DNA of 29,388 nucleotides from a candidate division WOR-3 bacterium (lineage in GTDB: Bacteria > Hydrothermota > Hydrothermia > Hydrothermales > Hydrothermaceae): contig JBDRZD010000019.1 in assembly GCA_039803745.1 (NCBI GenBank), forward strand, positions 1 to 29,388, written 5' to 3'. The translations under genes and the position numbers were made by a program. This document shows positions 8,339 through 16,604 of this stretch, one piece after another (position 1 is the first letter of the stretch; the number at the start of each line of letters is the position of its first letter). Below the pieces are notes generated by a model that saw nothing but the letters and a program-made list of their open reading frames with translations, was not told where the DNA came from and ran no database searches.

Positions 8339-10228
8339 ATGAAAATATTTATAGCGATAATTTACGCGATACCAAATTTTTATGGAACATCAGGATATTT
8401 AAGAAATATGTCAGCCCTTCCGGCAGGAAAAGGAAAACTCTCTTTCAATTTATACACTTCCTATTTTTTTGAAGATTACAAAAATAGAGACACAACGGTT
8501 TGGGAATTTGATTCTACAAGACTTCCTGTCGAGGATAGAAGACATTATATAAGAGGAAAATTTGGAATAAGCTATTCACCCTTTAATACATGGGAAATTG
8601 GAACAAGAGGTGATTTTGAAGGAAAGATAATAGAAAAAACAGATTTTCAGGGTCTTCAAAGACCTGACCTTGCACTTGTTGCTTACAGAGGAGTTGATGC
8701 TTTCACAAAATTGGGAACATCATTTTTTGAGGATACTGCCTCTGGATTAAAACTTTCAGGAGGATTCCTTTTGGGATGTTATTTCCCAAACAGGGGATAT
8801 GAAACAAAAAGAGAAAAAGAATTTACAGAAAAATATGGATTTCCTCCTTTTATAAGAAGAAACCCTCAATTCCATATAAATAGTGCCTTTGATTTTAATG
8901 TGCAAATCTTAACAATTTCTTTAAATGGTGGTTTTTTCTATCTAAATAAACCAGTGGATAAAAAAGATACAATAGTCTCTTATATAAGTTTTGATAAGGA
9001 TAACGGGAGAAAAAGAGTTGATACTTTGAAGTTTAAAGATACAAATGCTTTGACATTTGGTGCAGGTATAATTCTTTCTCTTGGTGATTATGTTGATTTA
9101 ATTTTTGATTTCTCAGGGATATACTTTACAGAATGGAATGAAAACTTGATTTCTTTAACACCGGGAATCAGATTCAAAACCCCCGGTGGAGGAATTTTTG
9201 ATTTTGCTGTGGATACAAGAATTAGACAAATTCACGATACATTAAAATACCTCCTTTTTTCTGATTATCATCTAAGAGATTTTGCACCTGAATGGAGATT
9301 TGTTTTCCAAATTTCAAATGTTGCAAGTCTTTTGCCACCTCCTCCACCCCCTCCGCCTCCTCCACCTCCTATTGCTAAGTCAAAAATAATTGGGAAAATT
9401 ACTGATGCTGAAACAGGTGAACCTCTTTCTGCTCAAATTTCTTTTCCCGGAACAGAACTCTCACCTATTGTCTCTGACCCTCAAACAGGAATATATTCAA
9501 TAGAACTTGATCCCGGAACATATAGAATTCATTGTGAAAAAGAAGGATATAGATGGAAAGAAAGGGTTGTAAGTTTAAAAGAAAAAGAAGAAATGATTGT
9601 TGATTTCGCTTTAAATAAAAAACCGCTTGTTCTTATTACAGGAAAGGTTATTGATAACATAGATGAAAAACCAATAGGAGCAAATATTTCTATTCCCAAT
9701 ACAGAATATAAAACTATAAGTGACCCTTCAACTGGAATTTATAAATTTCAACTTCCTCCGGGTTCTTATATACTTCATGTAGAAGCAGAAGGATATGTGC
9801 CTCAAGATGAGCCAATCATAATGAAAGAGGGAACGCCTCTGGTTAAGGATTTCAGACTTAAAAAAATTGCAAAGGTTGGAGAAAGAATAAGATTGCAAAA
9901 TATTTATTTTGATACAGGAAAAGCAACAATAAGACCTGAATCTTTCCCAATTTTAGATCAGGTTGCTGAATTTTTAAAGGCAAACCCAAAGGCAACTGTT
10001 GAGATACAGGGGCATACCGATTCTATCGGCTCTGATAGTTATAATATGAGTCTTTCACAGGCAAGAGCAGAAGCAGTTAGAAGTTATTTAATAACAAGAC
10101 ATGGAATAGATCCTGCAAGATTAATCGCAAGGGGATATGGAGAAACAATGCCAATAGCACCAAATACCTCAAGAGAAGGAAGAGCACAAAATAGAAGAGT
10201 TGAATTTGTTATAATAAAAACAGAATAG
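8339..10228 (+). CDS. OmpA family protein: N-terminal putative beta-barrel, poly-Pro linker, two carboxypeptidase-regulatory-like domains, OmpA C-terminal peptidoglycan-binding domain
   Basis: NIYFDTGKATI...EIQGHTDSIG...NMSLSQARAEAV...GYGETMP...NRRVEF; two GK(I/V)xD...SDPxTGIY...PGxY...EGY repeats. Confidence 0.9.
   Translation: MKIFIAIIYAIPNFYGTSGYLRNMSALPAGKGKLSFNLYTSYFFEDYKNRDTTVWEFDSTRLPVEDRRHYIRGKFGISYSPFNTWEIGTRGDFEGKIIEKTDFQGLQRPDLALVAYRGVDAFTKLGTSFFEDTASGLKLSGGFLLGCYFPNRGYETKREKEFTEKYGFPPFIRRNPQFHINSAFDFNVQILTISLNGGFFYLNKPVDKKDTIVSYISFDKDNGRKRVDTLKFKDTNALTFGAGIILSLGDYVDLIFDFSGIYFTEWNENLISLTPGIRFKTPGGGIFDFAVDTRIRQIHDTLKYLLFSDYHLRDFAPEWRFVFQISNVASLLPPPPPPPPPPPPIAKSKIIGKITDAETGEPLSAQISFPGTELSPIVSDPQTGIYSIELDPGTYRIHCEKEGYRWKERVVSLKEKEEMIVDFALNKKPLVLITGKVIDNIDEKPIGANISIPNTEYKTISDPSTGIYKFQLPPGSYILHVEAEGYVPQDEPIIMKEGTPLVKDFRLKKIAKVGERIRLQNIYFDTGKATIRPESFPILDQVAEFLKANPKATVEIQGHTDSIGSDSYNMSLSQARAEAVRSYLITRHGIDPARLIARGYGETMPIAPNTSREGRAQNRRVEFVIIKTE
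9335..9370 (+). repeat. CCN x12 low-complexity tract encoding 12 consecutive prolines
   Basis: cca cct cct cca ccc cct ccg cct cct cca cct cct within the OmpA ORF. Confidence 0.9.
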
Positions 10229-10229
10229 T

Positions 10230-11489
10230 TTAAATATCCACTTCTAATGGTTTTGAGAGATAAAATCCCTGTGCATATTTAACACCAAGAGAAAGCAGTG
10301 TTTCATATTCTTCTTTTTTTTCTACCCCTTCAGCAATAACGGGAGTATTAACACTTTTTCCAAAATTTAAAACCATTTCTAAAAGCCTTTGCTTTATTAA
10401 ATCTTTATGCATATCTCTAACGAGAATCATATCGTATTTAAGAAAATCTGGTTTAAGTTCTGCGAGAGTATGCAATGAGGAATATCCAACACCAACATCG
10501 TCAATTGATATTAAAAATCCCTCCTCTTTCAGATAATTTATATTTTTTACCAGTGCTTTAAAATCAGTAATTGCATATCTTTCTGTTATTTCTATCACAA
10601 TCTTCCTTCTATCATAATTCATTTCATCAATAATTCTTATAAATTCTTGAATAAACTCGTCTGCCTTTTCCTGGAGAATTTTTGAGGAAGTATTTAAAAA
10701 CAGATATTTTTCTTTTTTATTTAATTTTTTATAAGATAAAAGTGCTTTCCAGTGACATATTGATTCAAGTTTCAAAAGTTCATCAAGGGCATCAGCCATT
10801 GAAAAAAGCATAAGGGGCTCCTCAATTTCTGTCCCTTTAGGACCCCTTGAAAGGGCTTCATAACCAAAGATTTCATTATTTTCAATATCATAAATTGGCT
10901 GAAATACTGTTTTTATATCTGCTCTTTTAAGTGTGCCTTTAAAAAGTGCCCTTAATCTTATCTCAATCTTGCTTTCCTCTCTCAGCCTTTCTATTTCGAG
11001 TTTTTCAAAAGCTCTCATAATTTCCCTCTCTGCTCTTGTTACAGGGTCATAGGCAAGTTCAATATATTTCACCTTACAAGAAATCGGCACTTCCTTTAAA
11101 AGTATCTCCTCTATCTCTTCTTCAAAAGTTTTTCCTTCCTTAAGAGAAGAAAATACAATTAAGAAGTGGTCTCCTCTTGGTGCATTTATTAGAAGCAGCG
11201 GGTTTTCAAGAGGAGTGAATTTTTTAATTATTATATTTTTTAAAATTTCTGAAATTTTTAAAATCCACTCATCATACATTTCAAATCCATATTCACTTTC
11301 AATTTTTTCTCCCTCTAAAATTTTTATTGAAAAGATACCTAATTTTTTCTCGTTTTCAAGCCTTTCTTTAAGCTCATTTAGAACAGACAAAAATGTGGGC
11401 AACTTAGTAACACCATCTTGCATCACACTTTTAAAAATAGTATATTCATCAATTATTTTTTTAAACTCAATCGGGTCAAAACCCTTCAT
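10230..11489 (-). CDS. EAL-domain c-di-GMP phosphodiesterase with degenerate GGDEF domain
   Basis: VFQPI, GYEALSRGP, IEITE, DDVGVGYSSL, KYD, AEGVE, QGF motifs; N-terminal DGVTKLP and PRGDHF resemble a decayed GGDEF domain. Confidence 0.88.
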   Translation of the reverse strand: MKGFDPIEFKKIIDEYTIFKSVMQDGVTKLPTFLSVLNELKERLENEKKLGIFSIKILEGEKIESEYGFEMYDEWILKISEILKNIIIKKFTPLENPLLLINAPRGDHFLIVFSSLKEGKTFEEEIEEILLKEVPISCKVKYIELAYDPVTRAEREIMRAFEKLEIERLREESKIEIRLRALFKGTLKRADIKTVFQPIYDIENNEIFGYEALSRGPKGTEIEEPLMLFSMADALDELLKLESICHWKALLSYKKLNKKEKYLFLNTSSKILQEKADEFIQEFIRIIDEMNYDRRKIVIEITERYAITDFKALVKNINYLKEEGFLISIDDVGVGYSSLHTLAELKPDFLKYDMILVRDMHKDLIKQRLLEMVLNFGKSVNTPVIAEGVEKKEEYETLLSLGVKYAQGFYLSKPLEVDI

Positions 11490-11857
11490 GATCCTCCTTT
11501 TATTAATCTTTCCACTCTTTCTTTTATTAAATTAAAATTGTCTGTTTTTTCCATGAAATCATTAGCACCTTCTTTTAAAATTTTAAAAAGAAAATCTGTA
11601 TCGTGATAAGAAGAAATAATAATGACAGGTAAATTATGTAAATTTTTTAAGATTTTTATATAATTCAAAATTTTTATTCCTTCCTTCAAATTTTCATAAG
11701 AAATATCAATTAGAATAACATGGGGAGAAATTTTTTCAATTTCTTCCTTGTCTTCATAAAAAAGGTGAAAAACTCTATATTCATTTCCAAATTCAAAATG
11801 TTCTTTAAATTTCATAGCAAAATCTTTGTCTTCTGAAATTAAAACTAAATTTTTCAT
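11486..11857 (-). CDS. Single-domain response regulator (REC)
   Basis: MKNLVLISED...HVILIDISY...PVIIISS...GANDFMEK. Start reassigned to ATG 11857; the longer track ORF overlaps the divergent gene and promoter. Confidence 0.82.
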   Translation of the reverse strand: MKNLVLISEDKDFAMKFKEHFEFGNEYRVFHLFYEDKEEIEKISPHVILIDISYENLKEGIKILNYIKILKNLHNLPVIIISSYHDTDFLFKILKEGANDFMEKTDNFNLIKERVERLIKGGS

Positions 11858-11866
11858 AAGAAATTT

Positions 11867-11895
11867 ATTATAAAGAAGATTTGTTTGATTGTCAA
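11867..11895 (-). promoter_or_regulatory. Consensus sigma70 promoter for REC-EAL, near-leaderless
   Basis: TTGACA (11890-11895), 17 bp, TATAAT (11867-11872), 9 nt to ATG; no SD. Confidence 0.78.
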
Positions 11896-11914
11896 ATAAG
11901 AAATGAAATAAAAT
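11885..11914 (+). promoter_or_regulatory. Putative promoter for the rlmI-like gene (overlapping divergent)
   Basis: TTGATT (11885-11890), 18 bp, TAAAAT (11909-11914), 6 nt to TTG 11921 or 9 nt to ATG 11924; no SD. Confidence 0.55.
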
Positions 11915-11920
11915 TAATAA

Positions 11921-13096
11921 TTGATGAAAAAGGTAAAAGTAAAATTGCCGCAAGAACTTATTTATCCCCATCCCTATATTTTAAAATCAAAAATAATTGA
12001 AATTGATGAAGGTATTAAAGATGGAGATGAAGTTCTAATAATTAATGAAAAGAATAAAATAATAGGCACTGGTTTTTACAATAGTTCAAGTTATAAAACT
12101 TTGAGAATCCATACATATAGAGAATTTAAGGAACTTACCTATGAAGAAATTAAGAAAAGAATTGAAAAGGCTTTTTTAAATAGACTTTTATATTTTGACA
12201 GAAATGAAAGTTTTAGAGTTGTATTCAGTGAAAGTGATTTTTTAACAGGACTTATAATAGATAAATTTTCTGACGGTTTTGTATTTCAAATAAATTCTTT
12301 AGGGATGGAAAGAAAGAGGGATTTAATAGTAAAAAGTTTAAAAGAATTATTTAATCCTTTATTTATATATGAAAAAAGTGATGGAACAGGAAGAAAAGAA
12401 GAAGGGCTTCCTGAATTTAAAAAACTTCATTTTGGAAATTTAAAAAATCCCTATTTAATTTTTACAGAGGGTCTTTATTTTCTTATTGATATAGAGGAGG
12501 GACAAAAAACAGGGTTTTTTCTTGATCAAAAAATAAATAGATTAAAACTGGGGAAATATGCAAAAGGGAAAATATGCCTTGATTTATTTTCTTATACTGG
12601 TGGTTTTACTTTACATTTTTTAAAAGAAGAAGCTGAAAGAGTATTTGTAGTTGAAATATCTGAAAAGGCGATTTCCCTTTTAAAAGAAAATATAAGGATA
12701 AATAATTTCCCAGAAAAAAAAGTTAAAATTATAGAGGGAGATGTTTTTGAAAAGATTTATGAAATAGAAAATTGGAAGATAAAATTTGACCTTATTGTAA
12801 ATGATCCACCTTCTTTCACACATAAAAAAAGAAAAAAAGAGAATGCCTTAAGAGCCTATAAAGAATTGCATTCAAAAATATTTGATATACTGAATAAAGG
12901 AGGAATATGCGCAACATTTTCATGCACACAGGCTGTTGGAATAAATGATTTAATTGAAAATTTGACTGGTGTTCAAAAAAATAAAGAATTTTTAATATAT
13001 ATAAAAGATTTTCTTTTTCAGAGTCCATGCCATCCAGTGAGTCTTTATTTTCCTGAAAGTTTTTATCTTAAAGGACTTGTTTTGTTAAAAGAATAA
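11921..13096 (+). CDS. rlmI: RlmI/RlmK-like class I SAM-dependent rRNA methyltransferase (start TTG 11921 or ATG 11924)
   Basis: PUA-like N-terminus, FSESDFLTGLIID, GQKTGFFLDQ, LDLFSYTGGF, DPPSF, FSC motifs. Confidence 0.82.
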   Translation: MMKKVKVKLPQELIYPHPYILKSKIIEIDEGIKDGDEVLIINEKNKIIGTGFYNSSSYKTLRIHTYREFKELTYEEIKKRIEKAFLNRLLYFDRNESFRVVFSESDFLTGLIIDKFSDGFVFQINSLGMERKRDLIVKSLKELFNPLFIYEKSDGTGRKEEGLPEFKKLHFGNLKNPYLIFTEGLYFLIDIEEGQKTGFFLDQKINRLKLGKYAKGKICLDLFSYTGGFTLHFLKEEAERVFVVEISEKAISLLKENIRINNFPEKKVKIIEGDVFEKIYEIENWKIKFDLIVNDPPSFTHKKRKKENALRAYKELHSKIFDILNKGGICATFSCTQAVGINDLIENLTGVQKNKEFLIYIKDFLFQSPCHPVSLYFPESFYLKGLVLLKE

Positions 13097-13110
13097 ATTC
13101 TCATTAAAAT
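13082..13110 (+). promoter_or_regulatory. Putative promoter for trxB-ccmF
   Basis: TTGTTA, 17 bp, TAAAAT, followed by SD AAGGAG before the trxB ATG. Confidence 0.5.
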
Positions 13111-13134
13111 AAAAATCTTTAAAAGGAGAAAAAA

Positions 13135-14055
13135 ATGGATTATGATGTTATAATAATAGGTGCAGGACCTGGTGGATTAACTGCTGGAATTTATGCAGGA
13201 AGGGCAAATTTAAAGACTTTGATTCTTGAAAAAGAAGCTATAGGCGGGCAAATTGCATTAACAGAAAAAGTGGAAGATTATCCGGGTTTTCCAGAAGGGA
13301 TAAATGCTCAGGAACTTATTAAAAAATTTGAGGAGCATGCAAAAAAATTTGGAGCAGAAATAGTTTTTGAAGAAGCCAAGGAAATAATTATTGATGGAAA
13401 ATATAGAATAGTAAAGACACCTTATAACGAATATAAAGGTAAAACTATAATAGTGGCAACCGGTGCAAGGCATAAAACGTTAGATATTCCTGGAGAAAAA
13501 GAATTCAGAGGAAGAGGTGTTTCATACTGCGCTATATGTGATGGTCCATTTTTTAAGGATAAGGATATTGTTGTTGTCGGTGGAGGAGACACGGCAATAC
13601 TTGAAGCAATATATTTAACAAAATTCGGGAAAAAAGTTTATATAGTTCACAGAAGGAATAAATTCAGAGCAAGTGCAAAATATGTTGAAAGGGCAAAGGA
13701 GAATAAAAAGATAGAATTTTTACTTGAAAATATTGTAAAAGAAATATATGGAAAGAATAAAGTGGAAGGGGTGATTTTGCAAGATGTTAAAACAAAGGAG
13801 GAAAAAAATCTTTCTGCTTCTGCAGTTTTTATTTTTGTAGGGTTTACACCAAATTATGAAATTTTAAAAGGGATAGCAGAAATTGATGAAAATGGTGGAG
13901 TTTTAACAAACGAAAAAATGGAAACAAATATTCCTGGCATTTATGCAATTGGAGATGTAAGAAGTAAGTCATTAAGACAGATCATAACAAGTGCATCAGA
14001 TGGAGCAATTGCTGCAATGGCTGCCTATGAATACATAGAGGAGAATTTTAAGTGA
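13135..14055 (+). CDS. trxB: Thioredoxin-disulfide reductase
   Basis: IIGAGPGG FAD motif, GVSYCAICDG redox CxxC, VVGGGDTA NADPH motif, HRR, GIYAIGD. Confidence 0.95.
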   Translation: MDYDVIIIGAGPGGLTAGIYAGRANLKTLILEKEAIGGQIALTEKVEDYPGFPEGINAQELIKKFEEHAKKFGAEIVFEEAKEIIIDGKYRIVKTPYNEYKGKTIIVATGARHKTLDIPGEKEFRGRGVSYCAICDGPFFKDKDIVVVGGGDTAILEAIYLTKFGKKVYIVHRRNKFRASAKYVERAKENKKIEFLLENIVKEIYGKNKVEGVILQDVKTKEEKNLSASAVFIFVGFTPNYEILKGIAEIDENGGVLTNEKMETNIPGIYAIGDVRSKSLRQIITSASDGAIAAMAAYEYIEENFK

Positions 14056-15920
14056 GAGAACTCGGACTTTCCTCCCTATTTTTTTCCTTTATTTTTGGAA
14101 TTCTTTCTTTTATTTTCTATATTTATGGATTTTATAAAAAAGATAGAAGATTCTTAATAAGTGCTAAAAGATCCTTAATTTCAGAAGTTCTTTTAATAAT
14201 AATTTCTTCAATCTCTTTAATCTATTTATTGCTTACAAAGGATTATGAAATAGAATATGTGGCAAGCTATGTAAACAATACCTTAAGTCTTCTTTACACT
14301 TTTTCAGCATTCTGGGCAGGACTTGAGGGCTCGCTTCTTTTCTGGTCTCTTGTGCAAGGGATATTCTTACTTTTTTTATTTTATAAAAATAAAAACACAG
14401 AGATTGATAATTATTCTTACTTTTTTTTAAACTCAATACTCTTATTTTTTATCACATTAACTCTTTTCTTTGCCAATCCCTTTAAAAAACTCCCATTTAA
14501 AATATCTGATGGAAATGGTCTGAATCCACTTCTTCAGAATTTCTGGATGCTTATCCATCCACCATTTTTATATCTCGGTTATATAGGTTTTTCAATTCCT
14601 TTTGCTTATACCCTCTCCTTTTTGATTTTAAAAAGTGATGATGAATATTCAAGGGAAAGGATAAGGAAATGGAGTTTATTCTCCTGGCTTTTACTTTCAA
14701 TTGGAATATTTACTGGTGGAAAATGGGCTTATGTAGAACTTGGCTGGGGAGGATACTGGGGATGGGATCCTGTTGAAAATGCATCATTCTTACCATGGCT
14801 AACAGGAGCAGCATTTTTGCATACCCAGATAATTGAAAAAAGGGAAAAAATTTTTAAAAGGTGGAATATCTTCTTAATCTTTTTAACTTTTTCTCTTGTT
14901 ATCCTTGGAACTTATATAACAAGAAGTGGAATAATTTCATCTGTTCATGCCTTTTCTGAATCCAAAATAAGCCCTCCATTCATTATATTCTTAATCATCA
15001 TAAGTGTATTTTTCTTTTATTTATTTATAACAAGATATAAACTGTTAAAGAGTGAAAGCAAAATAGAAGACCCCCTTACAAAAGAGGGAAATTTTTATCT
15101 TTTATCCATAATTTTAATAATAATTACAATAATAATTTTTATAGGAACATTTTATCCATTATTATCTGAAATAATCACAGGAGAAAAGATGAGCTTGGGG
15201 ATTCAATTCTTTAATACAGCAACACCTCCTTTTTTTGTATTGATTTTATTCTTACTTTCAATATGCCCCCATTTAGGGAAAAGAAAATTTATTCTTAAAG
15301 ATTTTTTAAAAAAAACATATATTCAAATAACATTAACAGGAATAAGTTTTTTAATATTGTTTTTTTCAGGAGTTAAAAAAATTTATCCTTTAATCACATA
15401 TACACTCTCTTTATTTTTTATTTATTCTTTTCTTGCAAATTTTTTAAAGGATTTAATTTATAAAAAAAATATTTTAAAATATTCTTCCTACTTAATCCAT
15501 CTTGGCATCATCATAACAGGAATAGGAATAAGTGCTTCAAATTCTTATAAGATTAAAGAGGAAATCTCTTTAAAGGAAGATGAGCAAATAGAGATAGGAA
15601 ATTTTTTATTGCATTATAAAGGAATTGATTTTATCTCAAATCCCCATTACGAAGCAGTATCTTCAAAAATTTTTTTAAAAGAAAATGGTAAATATCTTGG
15701 GATCTTAAAACCTGAAATGAGATTTTACAGAAAATGGGAAGAGCCATCATCGGAAATTGACATAATTCCAAAAATTGAAGGAGACATATATATAGTATTA
15801 AAGGGTTTTGATAAAGAAAAGGCTTATTTTGAGTTTCATTATAATCCCCTTATAAATTTTGTATGGAGCGGAATAATCTTTATAATTATTGGTGGAATAA
15901 TTCTAATTATAAAAAGATGA
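14052..15920 (+). CDS. ccmF: Cytochrome c biogenesis heme lyase CcmF/NrfE
   Basis: WAGLEGSLLFW, GLNPLLQ, HPPFLYLGY, WAYVELGWGGYWGWDPVENAS (WWD domain), TRSG..SVHAF; GTG start overlapping the trxB stop. Confidence 0.95.
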   Translation: MRELGLSSLFFSFIFGILSFIFYIYGFYKKDRRFLISAKRSLISEVLLIIISSISLIYLLLTKDYEIEYVASYVNNTLSLLYTFSAFWAGLEGSLLFWSLVQGIFLLFLFYKNKNTEIDNYSYFFLNSILLFFITLTLFFANPFKKLPFKISDGNGLNPLLQNFWMLIHPPFLYLGYIGFSIPFAYTLSFLILKSDDEYSRERIRKWSLFSWLLLSIGIFTGGKWAYVELGWGGYWGWDPVENASFLPWLTGAAFLHTQIIEKREKIFKRWNIFLIFLTFSLVILGTYITRSGIISSVHAFSESKISPPFIIFLIIISVFFFYLFITRYKLLKSESKIEDPLTKEGNFYLLSIILIIITIIIFIGTFYPLLSEIITGEKMSLGIQFFNTATPPFFVLILFLLSICPHLGKRKFILKDFLKKTYIQITLTGISFLILFFSGVKKIYPLITYTLSLFFIYSFLANFLKDLIYKKNILKYSSYLIHLGIIITGIGISASNSYKIKEEISLKEDEQIEIGNFLLHYKGIDFISNPHYEAVSSKIFLKENGKYLGILKPEMRFYRKWEEPSSEIDIIPKIEGDIYIVLKGFDKEKAYFEFHYNPLINFVWSGIIFIIIGGIILIIKR

Positions 15921-15947
15921 TCGGAATTTTATCAGGAATAATATTAT

Positions 15948-16604
15948 TTACATTTCTAATTTACTTTGTAATTGAACCTCTTTTAAAGAAAAAATAGATT
16001 CAAAACATCTTTTAAGTTTATTTTTAACTTCTTCTATATTTATTTTTTTACCAATTATTTTCTCCATTGATGTAACACCTTTTTGAAGCCCACATGGAAA
16101 AATATAATCAAAATATTTTAAATCTGTATTTACATTTAAAGCAAAGCCATGAAAGGAAACAAATTTTTTAACTGCTATACCTATTGAACATATTTTTTCA
16201 TCATTTACCCATACACCTGGATTTTTATCATTTTTTTCTCCATTTATTCCGTATTCCTTAAGTAGCATTATTATAGCATCCTCTATTTTATTTACAAATC
16301 TCTTTATTCCTATGTCTATATAAAATATCAAATAACCAACAATTTGCCCCGGACCATGATATGTAACATCTCCGCCCCTTTCAACCCTGAAAATATCTAT
16401 TCCCTTTTCCTTTAAAAAATGAGGAGAAATTTTAAAATTTCCTTCTTTTCCCTTTTTTCCAAGTGTGTATACATGATTATGTTCAGTAAATATTATTACA
16501 TCAGGAATTTCATTTTTAATTCTCTTTTCATGCAAAACTTTTTGAAGATTCCATGCTTTTTCATAATTTAAAAAGCCAATGTTTAAAAAAATATAATCTT
16601 TCAT
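15948..16604 (-). CDS. lipB: Lipoyl(octanoyl) transferase LipB
   Basis: EHNHVYTLGK, RGGDVTYHGPGQ, KICSIG, HGFALN, PCG motifs. Confidence 0.94.
   Translation of the reverse strand: MKDYIFLNIGFLNYEKAWNLQKVLHEKRIKNEIPDVIIFTEHNHVYTLGKKGKEGNFKISPHFLKEKGIDIFRVERGGDVTYHGPGQIVGYLIFYIDIGIKRFVNKIEDAIIMLLKEYGINGEKNDKNPGVWVNDEKICSIGIAVKKFVSFHGFALNVNTDLKYFDYIFPCGLQKGVTSMEKIIGKKINIEEVKNKLKRCFESIFSLKEVQLQSKLEM

Noticed and set aside
11858..11971. Longer start for the response regulator
   Set aside because: Overlaps the divergent rlmI-like gene and both promoters; the REC fold begins at MKNLVLI (11857).
15918..15947. Possible TGA readthrough/selenocysteine at the ccmF end
   Set aside because: In-frame TAA follows within a few codons, no SECIS-like hairpin, and the protein is already complete.
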